Shown: piece by piece, positions 16,780-25,778 of the stretch
Numbering within the stretch: position 1 is the first letter of the stretch
How the letters are laid out: every line of letters starts with the position of its first letter
Origin: a virus
Virus record (IMG/VR): IMGVR_UViG_3300045988_105434
DNA length: 39,376 nt
Direction: 5' to 3' (one strand)
Translations under genes and position numbers: made by a program
Notes under the pieces: model-generated
Seen by the model: the letters and a program-made list of their open reading frames with translations, nothing else
Databases searched by the model: none
What the model was told of the DNA's origin: nothing

Positions 16780-18174
16780 GTGGATTTAACCGTAGCTAGA
16801 AAAATGATACAGAAATATGTCACCGGGCACAGCGAATTTTTAAAACGGGCCCTGACGGCTGACAGGTATTACGATAACCTGAATGATATCCTATTCGCTC
16901 CCAGCAGGCAGGAGAAAGAGGCAAAGGGCGATATCGAGAACCCCATGCGCACGGCAGACAATCGAATCCCCATGAGCTTTTACAGCCTGCTGGTGGATCA
17001 GAAGGTGTCTTACCTTTTTACTGCCCCACCTTTGTTTGATACACATAGCGATGACGTCAATAAGGTGATTACTGATACACTGGGAGGCAGTTATGCAAGC
17101 AGAATCCAAGAGCTGGCCACCAATGCATCCAATGCAGGGGTCGGATGGCTGCACTACTGGATTGATGAGAATGAGAAGTTCCAGTATGCCGTAGTACCCA
17201 GTGAGGAGATTATTCCGATTTGGTCGCCCAAATTGTCCCATGATCTGCTGGCAGCGCTCCGCGTGTATCGTGAGTACGATGATAACGGTGACGCCTACAA
17301 GGTTTATGAGTATTGGAATGACCGGGAATGTGAGGCTTATCGAATCCCGGAATCTGATGAAACGATGGATAGGCTATTCCCTTATGGCTGCTTTGCTGAT
17401 TTTTACAATGCGGGATTGTCTGAAGCGGATAACCAGTTTATCCATAACTTCGGCCGGGTGCCGTTTATCCCATTCCGCAACAATCAACGAGCTACTAGTG
17501 ATCTCAATAAAATCAAAAAACTGATAGACGCTTATGACAAAACATTAAGCGGTTTCATGAATGACCTGGAGGATATTCAAGAGATCATTTTTATTTTGAC
17601 CAATTACGGCGGGGAAGACCTAAACGAATTCCTGAAGAACCTGAAATACTACAAAACCATTTCCGTGGAATCTGCAGGTACAGGGGATTCGTCTGGGGTG
17701 TCCACTCTAAATATCGATATTCCGGTAGAAGCCAGGGATAAGATGCTGGAAATCACCCGAAAGGCGATCTTTACCATGGGGCAGGGGGTAGATCCGGAGC
17801 AGCAGGGACTGGATAAGACTTCCGGCGAAGCCATGAAATTCGTTTATTCCCTGCTGGAGCTCAAGGCGGGGCAGATGGAAGTCCAATTCCGCATGGGATT
17901 CGACGAATTGCTTCATGCGATATTGCGGCATTATGGGAGGGACACAGCAGGCATCGTACAGACATGGACGAGAACGTCCATTAAAAATGACTCTGACCTT
18001 GTGACCATGTGCAGCAATTCCGTGGGCATTGTTTCCAATAAGACGATCTTATCTCGCCATCCATTCGTGGATGATCCAGAAGCAGAAGCAAAACAGATCG
18101 AAAAGGAACGCAAAGAGCAGGATGCGCAGGCTGATCCCTATGGAGGGGATTTGGATGGCAAGAAAGATGACTAG
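16780..18174 (+). CDS. Portal protein (SPP1 gp6-like)
   Basis: 464 aa, immediately after terL. GTG start 7 nt after AAGGAGG. N-terminal RALTADRYYDNLNDI pattern. Confidence 0.85.
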   Translation: MDLTVARKMIQKYVTGHSEFLKRALTADRYYDNLNDILFAPSRQEKEAKGDIENPMRTADNRIPMSFYSLLVDQKVSYLFTAPPLFDTHSDDVNKVITDTLGGSYASRIQELATNASNAGVGWLHYWIDENEKFQYAVVPSEEIIPIWSPKLSHDLLAALRVYREYDDNGDAYKVYEYWNDRECEAYRIPESDETMDRLFPYGCFADFYNAGLSEADNQFIHNFGRVPFIPFRNNQRATSDLNKIKKLIDAYDKTLSGFMNDLEDIQEIIFILTNYGGEDLNEFLKNLKYYKTISVESAGTGDSSGVSTLNIDIPVEARDKMLEITRKAIFTMGQGVDPEQQGLDKTSGEAMKFVYSLLELKAGQMEVQFRMGFDELLHAILRHYGRDTAGIVQTWTRTSIKNDSDLVTMCSNSVGIVSNKTILSRHPFVDDPEAEAKQIEKERKEQDAQADPYGGDLDGKKDD

Positions 18175-18229
18175 TTTTTTATTTCCTAACGTGGCAGGTG
18201 AACCACGGTAAAAACCGGAGGAGGATTTT

Positions 18230-18853
18230 ATGAATCAGGAAGAATTATTTGCTGAATTGGGCATCGCAGCCGATAAAAAGGAAGCAGCGAAAAAAGCGCT
18301 GACTGCTTTCTTAGATGGTGCGTATGTACCAAAATCTCGTTTCAATGAGGTCAACGAGGAAAAGAAGACCTTAACCGCTACTGTAGCGGACCGTGACAAA
18401 CAACTGGAAACCCTCAAAAAGTCTACAGGTGATCTGGACGCATTAAAGAACCAGATTAAATCCCTGCAGTATGCCAATAAGAAGGCCCAAGAGGAAGCTG
18501 ATGCGAAAATGAAAGAACTCCGTATCAATGACGCTATCAAACTGGCTATTGTGGACAAAGCGCAGGATGTGGACATTGTTTCCAGCTTGTTCGACAAGGC
18601 CAAACTCATCCTTGGTGACGATGGAAAAATCACCGGATTGGACGAACAGCTGAAGGAACTGCAAAAGAACAAAGCATTTTTGTTTAAGCAGGCCGGCCCT
18701 AACCCGAAGTATGACCCCAAAGGCGGAACCGGAAACCCCAGCACCAATCCATTCGCAAAAGATACGTTTAACCTCACTGAACAGGGAAGATTGCTCAGAG
18801 AAAATCCGGAACAGGCCAAAGCCTTCGCACAGGCCGCCGGAGTAACCATTTAA
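18230..18853 (+). CDS. Scaffolding protein
   Basis: Helical, charged, 207 aa, between the portal and the capsid genes. Confidence 0.7.
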   Translation: MNQEELFAELGIAADKKEAAKKALTAFLDGAYVPKSRFNEVNEEKKTLTATVADRDKQLETLKKSTGDLDALKNQIKSLQYANKKAQEEADAKMKELRINDAIKLAIVDKAQDVDIVSSLFDKAKLILGDDGKITGLDEQLKELQKNKAFLFKQAGPNPKYDPKGGTGNPSTNPFAKDTFNLTEQGRLLRENPEQAKAFAQAAGVTI

Positions 18854-18873
18854 TCTAAAAGGAGACAATACAA

Positions 18874-19842
18874 ATGGCAGGAACTACTATTTCCGATATC
18901 ATCGTCCCGGAACTGTTTAATCCATACGTAGTGCAGAAAACCATGGAGAAATCTGCATTTTTCAATTCCGGTATTATTACTAGAAGCCCGGCATTCGATG
19001 CCCTGGCGAGCGAAGCAGCACGTACTCACAACATGCCATTCTTCGAGGATCTGCAGGGAGACGCTGACAACATCGTAGAAGGGCAAACCATCGAAGCACA
19101 GAAAATCACATCCAAGAAAGATGTATCCACTACCATCATGCGTAGACAGAAATGGAGTGCTTCCAATCTGTCTGCCGCACTGGCTGGTAAGGACCCGATG
19201 GCCGCTATTGGCGACTTGGTAGCAGGCTATTGGGCTAGACAGTACCAGAAGGAACTCATCAATATCCTTGCTGGCGTATTCGCTTCTACTTCCATGAAAG
19301 ACCATATTCTGGATATTTCTGCACTGGAAGGGGAAGCTGCCAACATTTCTGCCTCTGCGGTCATCGATACCCTCCAGCTCATGGGCGATGCACAGGATCA
19401 GCTTTCCGCTGTGGTGATGCATTCTGCTACCAAAGCATACCTGAAGAAAAAGAACCTCATTTCTACCGAAAGAGATTCTACCAACGTAGAATTCGATATC
19501 TATCAGGGCCGTCGCGTTATCGTAGATGATGGATGCCCTGTAGTGAGTGGTGTATATACCACCTACTTCTTCGGTACCGGTGCCATTGCTTACGGAGAAG
19601 GTTCTCCGGTTCGTTTCGTGCAGACCGAAACCAAACGTGACCCGGATGACGGCGCTGGCGTAGACATGCTCTATAACCGTCGCTGCTTTATCATGCATCC
19701 ACGTGGAGTAGCATGGACCAACAAGAAGAGGACCAATCCGGAATCCCCAACTCGCGCAGAACTGGCGGATGCCACCAATTGGAATCGTGTATATGAATCC
19801 AAAGCTATTCGCATGGTAGCGATGAAACACAAGGTCGGCTAG
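18874..19842 (+). CDS. Major capsid protein (SPP1 gp13-like)
   Basis: The N-terminus ISDIIVPELFNPYVVQKTMEKSAFFNSGI closely resembles SPP1 gp13 as I recall it. Confidence 0.85.
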   Translation: MAGTTISDIIVPELFNPYVVQKTMEKSAFFNSGIITRSPAFDALASEAARTHNMPFFEDLQGDADNIVEGQTIEAQKITSKKDVSTTIMRRQKWSASNLSAALAGKDPMAAIGDLVAGYWARQYQKELINILAGVFASTSMKDHILDISALEGEAANISASAVIDTLQLMGDAQDQLSAVVMHSATKAYLKKKNLISTERDSTNVEFDIYQGRRVIVDDGCPVVSGVYTTYFFGTGAIAYGEGSPVRFVQTETKRDPDDGAGVDMLYNRRCFIMHPRGVAWTNKKRTNPESPTRAELADATNWNRVYESKAIRMVAMKHKVG

Positions 19843-19844
19843 TC

Positions 19845-21701
19845 ATGGATAAGCAGTCAGAGAATGAAGCATACTGGGCGGCTAGAGCCACTGCCTACGA
19901 GGAAGCGTGGCACAATCGTTGCCAGACTACCGTAGAGCGCGATCTGGCGGCGTATTATGAGCAGGCTCTGGCTGACATCCAAAGGGACATCGCTGCTCTG
20001 TATGGGCGCTTCGCGAAAGATAACAAACTATCTATGGCAGAAGCGCACAGACTGTTGACGGGCGATGAATATCGCGTCTGGCGGATGAGCATGGAAGAAT
20101 ACCTGCAGGGGATCGAGAACGGCAGCGTTCTGTCGGAGGAACTGGACACCCTCGCTATGCGAAGCCGCATTTCGCGGCTGGATAAGCTCTATGCAGAAAC
20201 GCTGAAGGCTCTTGACCGGCTGGGACGCAAGACAGAAGACCGCATGACGGATTTTCTGATGGATGCCTACAAGGATCGTTTCTACCACGGCATTTATGAC
20301 GTGGCAGAACGGACGGGAATCATGAAGGCGAATGTCGCTATTGATGACGATACGGCACAAAAAATCGCCGCTGCTCCGTGGAGCGGAAAGTCCTATAGCC
20401 AGCGTATCTGGAAGAATGACCAGCAGCTCGGCGCGGTCCTTCGCACAGTCGTGTCGAATGGGCTGCACCGTGGACTGTCCGTCCCTCAGATGGCAAAAAT
20501 GGTAGAAGACAAAATGCATGCCGGTCTCTCCAATGCGAGAAGGCTAGTACGGACGGAAATGAACTATGTTCAGAATCGTGCAGCCGCTGACAGTATCAAA
20601 GAGTCCGGCATGAAATACTACCGTTTCATTGCTACATTAGACAGGCGTACTTCTGTTATATGCCGGTCACATGACGGCCATGTCTATTCCATTGATGAAT
20701 ACCGCCCTGGTGAAAATGCACCGCCACTTCATCCTAACTGTCGAAGTACAATCGCGGGCAGCCTGAAAGGCTGGCATAGCGAAGAGGGCGCTCGAACTGC
20801 TAGGAATATTGATGGAAAAACGGTACATGCGCCTAAGGGTATGACATACGATACATGGTATGAAAAGTATATTATCCTACAGCCAGCTCCAGCTAAACCC
20901 CCGCTATCAATCCAGTCTATTAAAGACGCTATCTCACAAAAACCACTTAAGGATATGAGCGTATCTGATGTGTGTCGTATAGGTGAAATGGTAAATCAGT
21001 TGTTAAAAGTAGACCAGCATATTGGGGACAAACAAAAGCTAAAGGAAATTTTCGGAAACTTTAGAGAAATGGGAGGTACCATCCGAGATGACCAGTGGGC
21101 CAAAGGCAGTTCTAAGGTAAATAAAGAAATGCTAAGAAATGCATTTTCTGTATACCCAAAGGCATGGGCAGATTACTTGGACGCTACAAGTCGGAAGCTT
21201 TATACGCTCAAGGCTGACAGAGGATTCTTTATTAGCGGGGCTGTAATGGCAAACGGGAAACGTTATGCTACAAAGTTCGACAATTACCGTGAGAATTATG
21301 TTTCTATCCATATGAATGGCGTGCGAAAAACAACTCCGTTTCATGAAATTGGGCATTATGTAGAATTCTTTAATTCCGACGCTTTAAAAATATCAAAAGA
21401 TTTTATCGCGCAAAGAACTAAAGATGAGAACCCAGTAGCGTTGGCGGAATTATTTCCAGGATTTGGGTATAATGATACCGAGATTACCAAAAAGGACGAT
21501 TTTATCAATCCGTATATTGGTAAAGAATACACCAGTGCTTCAGAAGTTCTTAGCATGGGGCTAGAACAAATCTATGAACCCACAAAATTCGTGAAAAGCA
21601 TTAGCGTCGATTCTGACGGGACGGAAACGCGGAATTATGCTATAATAACAGATGATAGAGAATATCTTAATCTTATTATTGGTCTGATATTAATGGCATA
21701 A
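19845..21701 (+). CDS. MuF / SPP1 gp7-like minor head protein fused to a C-terminal HExxH domain
   Basis: MuF signature ATLDRRTSVICRSHDGHVYSIDEYRPGENAPPLHPNCRSTI. A C-terminal extension of about 290 aa contains FHEIGHYVE (HEIGH at nt 21342-21356). Confidence 0.8.
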   Translation: MDKQSENEAYWAARATAYEEAWHNRCQTTVERDLAAYYEQALADIQRDIAALYGRFAKDNKLSMAEAHRLLTGDEYRVWRMSMEEYLQGIENGSVLSEELDTLAMRSRISRLDKLYAETLKALDRLGRKTEDRMTDFLMDAYKDRFYHGIYDVAERTGIMKANVAIDDDTAQKIAAAPWSGKSYSQRIWKNDQQLGAVLRTVVSNGLHRGLSVPQMAKMVEDKMHAGLSNARRLVRTEMNYVQNRAAADSIKESGMKYYRFIATLDRRTSVICRSHDGHVYSIDEYRPGENAPPLHPNCRSTIAGSLKGWHSEEGARTARNIDGKTVHAPKGMTYDTWYEKYIILQPAPAKPPLSIQSIKDAISQKPLKDMSVSDVCRIGEMVNQLLKVDQHIGDKQKLKEIFGNFREMGGTIRDDQWAKGSSKVNKEMLRNAFSVYPKAWADYLDATSRKLYTLKADRGFFISGAVMANGKRYATKFDNYRENYVSIHMNGVRKTTPFHEIGHYVEFFNSDALKISKDFIAQRTKDENPVALAELFPGFGYNDTEITKKDDFINPYIGKEYTSASEVLSMGLEQIYEPTKFVKSISVDSDGTETRNYAIITDDREYLNLIIGLILMA

Positions 21702-21715
21702 ACGGGGGGATTAAT

Positions 21716-21955
21716 ATGCCTGCAGACGCATTCGGGACTAATCTTGATATAGCAATGGCGGATTTAACTCGTGCAAAGACGGAATACTTAAAAGTATTCG
21801 GACAGCATTCTCTTGAGCGTGTTACGTTATTGGATCCTGTACACCCTGTTGCAAGTGAGTATAAATTAGCAGCAAAGAAACTTTGGCGTGCGATAAAAAC
21901 GAAGCAAGCAATTCCTCAATTTGATAAGGAAATTTGGGATACAGTGATATTTTAA
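21716..21955 (+). CDS. Small hypothetical protein (candidate immunity/partner of the MuF C-terminal domain)
   Basis: 79-aa ORF, 14 nt after the MuF stop, followed by a terminator. Confidence 0.5.
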   Translation: MPADAFGTNLDIAMADLTRAKTEYLKVFGQHSLERVTLLDPVHPVASEYKLAAKKLWRAIKTKQAIPQFDKEIWDTVIF

Positions 21956-21960
21956 ACAAA

Positions 21961-21989
21961 AAGCACTTGCGAGCTGCAGGTGCTTTTTT
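21961..21989 (+). terminator. Rho-independent terminator inside the structural region
   Basis: 10-bp stem aagcacttgc / gcaggtgctt (one G.U pair), loop gagct, and a T-run. Confidence 0.6.
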
Positions 21990-22014
21990 GATACCCTAGA
22001 AAGTAGGTGATGCG

Positions 22015-22407
22015 ATGAAATATATTTCTCAAGAGGAAGCCAATGCGGCCATTTATGACAAAATCATGGAGGTCAAAGGGGATTATAACGGCATGGTAGA
22101 GGAATCGCCTATCATCAACGATACAAAGCTCCGAATGTACGTGGAGAAGTTTGTAGTGGATGTGATGGATTACTGCCACCGAGAGGTTTTCCCTGATAGC
22201 CTGATTTATACGGCGGTGGAGCTTATTACTAAGTGGACGGATGCGGAGACTTCAGGAGAAAAAGCACCGCTGAAATCTCTGAAGCAAAATGATACGGAAT
22301 TTACCTTTGCGGTATCTGATGTATCTTCTACTGGAAATCCCCATGAAGCAGACTTCGAGAGTTTGAAACCAAAGCTGAACCGTTTCCGCAAGGTGGGAGG
22401 TAGGTAG
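22015..22407 (+). CDS. Head-tail connector (gp6/gp15-like), by position
   Basis: Size and position after the head genes. Weak motif recognition only. Confidence 0.45.
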   Translation: MKYISQEEANAAIYDKIMEVKGDYNGMVEESPIINDTKLRMYVEKFVVDVMDYCHREVFPDSLIYTAVELITKWTDAETSGEKAPLKSLKQNDTEFTFAVSDVSSTGNPHEADFESLKPKLNRFRKVGGR

Positions 22408-22409
22408 CC

Positions 22410-22778
22410 ATGGAATTCGTAGGAATGAAGCGGTTGCTGAAACAGTTTATGTACAATGACCGCATGACTGTGTCCAGACAAGTCGCTTCTTTGGATGCAG
22501 AGGGAGCTGACGACTATAGGATTGAGGAAATCTATCACGAGATTCCCTGCCATTTGGGCAGCTACGAAATCAGCTTGACCGGGAAACAGTCCGATCGGGG
22601 CGATGTGTTGACACAAAAGCTCCGCATTGATTGTGACCCTCAGTATGATATACGGCCTAATGACATTCTGGCCATTCAGACGGCAGCGGAGCAGCAGTTC
22701 CTGCTTCGTGCCGGTAAGGCTTTGAACTATCCTACTCACAAGGAAATTAACGCAGAACGGGAAGGGGAGGAGGCCTGA
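22410..22778 (+). CDS. Head closure / head-tail adaptor, by position
   Basis: 122 aa; stop/start overlap (TGATG) with the following gene. Confidence 0.4.
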   Translation: MEFVGMKRLLKQFMYNDRMTVSRQVASLDAEGADDYRIEEIYHEIPCHLGSYEISLTGKQSDRGDVLTQKLRIDCDPQYDIRPNDILAIQTAAEQQFLLRAGKALNYPTHKEINAEREGEEA

Positions 22779-23176
22779 TGGGCGAAGAAATCACCGGCTT
22801 CGATCAGCTGGATGCCAAGTTGCAAAGCATTTTGAATCAATCACTGGCTAAGAGAAACAAGTTCGTCGCGCAGCAGGCGGAGCTTCTGAACGGTCGTGTC
22901 AAGGACAACACCCCCGTGGATACCGGTACGCTTCGAAACGGTTGGCATAGGAGCCGCGCCGCCAAGGGGGCTGCTACAGTTTACAACAATACGCATTATG
23001 CGGGGCACGTAGAATTCGGGCACCGCATACGAAAGCGCGGGGGCGGGTGGGCGAAGGATAAGAAGGGCCGCACGCGGTTCGTTCCCGGTGCGAAGATGCT
23101 TCATGAAGGATTGGCGGAAACGGAAAGGCAATTCAAGGCGGATGCAGAAACCATCATGGAGGATTTGCTCTCATGA
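22778..23176 (+). CDS. HK97 gp10-family tail-attachment protein
   Basis: NTPVDTGTLRNGWH motif. Confidence 0.7.
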   Translation: MGEEITGFDQLDAKLQSILNQSLAKRNKFVAQQAELLNGRVKDNTPVDTGTLRNGWHRSRAAKGAATVYNNTHYAGHVEFGHRIRKRGGGWAKDKKGRTRFVPGAKMLHEGLAETERQFKADAETIMEDLLS

Positions 23177-23616
23177 TTACCTATAGAAGTCTCAAGAAAA
23201 CGCTTACGGCGTTACTAAAAAACAAATTTCCAGATTGTAAGGTGCACTTCGATAATGTAGAAAAATCGGATGCGCCTTATTTTTATGTCGAAATGCAGCC
23301 CTACACATCAACGGTGGATGGGAAAGGCGTATATCATGACCGCAATATCGAGATTGACATCCAGTATATTCCGGATGAGGACTTATTCGGACGGATTGAC
23401 CGGATGAAGATTTATGATATTGGTCAGATTCTCGATTTGGCGATTCGCCCTGTCTTTTATGTAGAAGATAGAGCCATCACCATTCCGGAAGCCGAAACCA
23501 CTGTCCATGATGAAGTGCTGCATTATATTTTCCGGTTACAGTTCACGGACGCTGACATGAGTCAGGAAGAATTTGAACTGATGGAAGAGCTGACGCTCAA
23601 TTTAAGGAAGGAGTAA
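23173..23616 (+). CDS. Tail completion/terminator-like protein, by position
   Basis: Lies immediately upstream of the sheath gene and overlaps the end of the preceding gene. Confidence 0.4.
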   Translation: MITYRSLKKTLTALLKNKFPDCKVHFDNVEKSDAPYFYVEMQPYTSTVDGKGVYHDRNIEIDIQYIPDEDLFGRIDRMKIYDIGQILDLAIRPVFYVEDRAITIPEAETTVHDEVLHYIFRLQFTDADMSQEEFELMEELTLNLRKE

Positions 23617-23620
23617 CAAT

Positions 23621-24751
23621 ATGGCAAATGAAGCTGAAGTTTTTGGATTGCCACAGGTACTGATTGATTTTAAAACCAAGGGAACTACGGCTATCAAGCG
23701 CAGCGCTCGAGGCATTGTGGCGATGATCCTCAAAAATGAGGAAACTGATGTCAGTAAGTACTACAAAATCAACGATGTTTCTGACATTCCAGATGAAGGA
23801 CTGACCGCGGAAAACGTAGATCTGATTAAAAAGTGCTTGCTGGGGACACCGCTTCGTATCCTGGTATATACTCTGCCAAAAGCAGACATCACTGAACCAA
23901 CTCAGAAACTGGCCGGTATCCTTGCAAAACTGGAAAGCGTAAAATGGAATTATCTCTGCTATCCGAACAGTACTGAACAGGAGCAGCAGGATATCGTTTC
24001 CTGGATCAAGTCTGAACGCGGAAACAAGAGAAAGACTTTCAAGGCTGTGGTAGCTAATCAGGCAGCGGACCACGAAGGCATCATCAATTTCTGCACCGGC
24101 GGCATCAAGGTAAAGACTGATACCGATTCCAAGGGGAATCCGGTGTATACCACCTACACTGCTCTCCAGTACACCGCTCGTATCACCGGTATTCTGGCCG
24201 GTCTTGCGCTTGACCGTTCTGCTACCTATTTCAAGTTGACCGAAGTCGAAGAGGTAGAACAGTATGAAGATATCGATTCTCTTATTGATAAAGGCCAGCT
24301 GCTTCTCTTTGATGAACAGGATGGGGATGGAGTCAAGATTGCCCGTGCATGCAATTCTCTGACTACCTTCACCACAGATAAAGGCGAAGATTTCCGCTAC
24401 ATCAAAATTATGGAAGCGGTCGATATGATTACCGATGATATCCGTGATACGTTCAAGAAGTACTATGTGGGCAAAGTCATCAATGACTATGACCATAAAA
24501 TGCTCTTCATCACCGCTATTCTGGTGTACTTCGATGAAATCAAAGGCAATGTTATTGACCGTGACGGCAATAACACGGTAGATATCGATGAACAGTATCA
24601 GGCGAATTATGCTAAGCTCCACGGGGAAGATACATCCACCATGACGGCTATGCAGATTCGTCAGTACAATACAGGTACTAATGTGGTACTGGCTGGCAGT
24701 GTGAAGCCAGTCAACGCCATGGAAGATCTGAAAATTGTATTTGTTATGTAA
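23621..24751 (+). CDS. Tail sheath protein (XkdK-like)
   Basis: 376 aa, first gene of the sheath-tube-chaperone-TMP series. Has an RGIVAMIL-type N-terminal pattern. Confidence 0.8.
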   Translation: MANEAEVFGLPQVLIDFKTKGTTAIKRSARGIVAMILKNEETDVSKYYKINDVSDIPDEGLTAENVDLIKKCLLGTPLRILVYTLPKADITEPTQKLAGILAKLESVKWNYLCYPNSTEQEQQDIVSWIKSERGNKRKTFKAVVANQAADHEGIINFCTGGIKVKTDTDSKGNPVYTTYTALQYTARITGILAGLALDRSATYFKLTEVEEVEQYEDIDSLIDKGQLLLFDEQDGDGVKIARACNSLTTFTTDKGEDFRYIKIMEAVDMITDDIRDTFKKYYVGKVINDYDHKMLFITAILVYFDEIKGNVIDRDGNNTVDIDEQYQANYAKLHGEDTSTMTAMQIRQYNTGTNVVLAGSVKPVNAMEDLKIVFVM

Positions 24752-24768
24752 TGTAGGAGGCATGAATA

Positions 24769-25224
24769 ATGGCTAGAGCTGCAGAAGATGTGAAATACAG
24801 AGGCCGTCGTCGCTGGAATGGTTCCCACGGGAAAGTATGGTGGGATGGTGAACTTCTCTTTGAAATTGAATCCTTTGAATGTAAGGTAACGGCAGACCGC
24901 GAGGACGTGCTGATTGGCAATTCCAAAGACTCCAAAATCGTATCCCTCACCGGTTCGGGTACACTGACAATCAAGTCTGTCATTAACCGCAACATTAACG
25001 CCTATCTGGAGGAGTGGAAAAATGGCCATGATCCGAGAGCTACGCTTGTGGGGCTGCTGGATGATCCGGATGCCGTAGATGGACAGAAGGAACGCGTGTC
25101 CATTGATAATGTATTCTTTAATGAGCTTGCTCTGATGAATTTCAAGAAGGGTGAAGTGGTCGAGAAGGAATTCCCCTTTGGATTCACTCCTGAGGATGCG
25201 AAATTTATTGAAACAGTAGAATAG
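24769..25224 (+). CDS. Tail tube protein (XkdM-like)
   Basis: 151 aa, follows the sheath gene. Confidence 0.75.
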   Translation: MARAAEDVKYRGRRRWNGSHGKVWWDGELLFEIESFECKVTADREDVLIGNSKDSKIVSLTGSGTLTIKSVINRNINAYLEEWKNGHDPRATLVGLLDDPDAVDGQKERVSIDNVFFNELALMNFKKGEVVEKEFPFGFTPEDAKFIETVE

Positions 25225-25230
25225 CGAGGT

Positions 25231-25599
25231 ATGAGAATGGCTGTAAGTATTGAAGAACTGATCGAAATGAAAGAAGCCGTAGCAGCGGCGAAGAAAGAAA
25301 CGTATGACATGGAAACATCCATCGGCGTCATCACGGTAAAGAAACCGACGGCAGCGATGGTGCTCGAATCCAAAGCTACGGAGGGGGATGGAGATGCGTA
25401 TCTCGTGCTGAACTGCATAGTATCCCCGAATCTGAAGGATGCCAAGCTGCAGGAGGCCTATGGGTGCGTGGAACCGACGGATATTGTGCGTAAACTGTTT
25501 GATGCAGGTGAAATGACTCGGATCGCCGTGGCTATTCTTGATTGTGCAGGTTATAACAAAAACATCGTACGAAAGGTTCACGACGACGCAAAAAACTGA
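25231..25599 (+). CDS. Tail assembly chaperone (XkdN-like), short isoform
   Basis: 122 aa, directly upstream of the tape measure gene. Ends at a slippery heptamer. Confidence 0.7.
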   Translation: MRMAVSIEELIEMKEAVAAAKKETYDMETSIGVITVKKPTAAMVLESKATEGDGDAYLVLNCIVSPNLKDAKLQEAYGCVEPTDIVRKLFDAGEMTRIAVAILDCAGYNKNIVRKVHDDAKN

Positions 25600-25778
25600 T
25601 TGAAGGGAACTGGGAGGCTGCCACGGCGGCCTTTTTAGTTTCCCATGGTCATTCTCTCTCTTATTTCTTCTCACTGTCGCCGGTCGAGAAGATCTTCTGC
25701 CATGCGGCTATGGAGGCAGAGGATGAGAGGGCGGCCAAACTGGCCGCAGTAGGCATGACAAGGCAGGTGATAGGATGA
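25231..25778 (+). CDS. Tail assembly chaperone, -1 frameshift-extended isoform (G/GT-like)
   Basis: The -1 frame reads KKLIEGNWEAATAAFLVSHGHSLSYFFSLSPVEKIFCHAAMEAEDERAAKLAAVGMTRQVIG, with no start codon of its own. Its stop overlaps the TMP ATG (ATGA). Confidence 0.6.
25590..25596 (+). promoter_or_regulatory. -1 programmed frameshift heptamer A_AAA_AAC
   Basis: In zero-frame phase the sequence reads gcA AAA AAC tga. The -1 frame is open from here to 25778. Confidence 0.65.

Noticed and set aside
18850-19830. Long antisense ORF (326 aa) opposite the major capsid gene. Similar ones occur at 23597-24763 (388 aa), 24661-25674 (337 aa), 22206-22739, 16131-16703, 14390-15046 and 37452-38315
   Set aside because: In each case the plus-strand partner has recognisable phage motifs (capsid, sheath, tube, terL, regulator, fibre). 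The minus-strand translations are Cys/His/Phe/Ile-rich with no motifs and no RBS context. They are codon-bias shadows.
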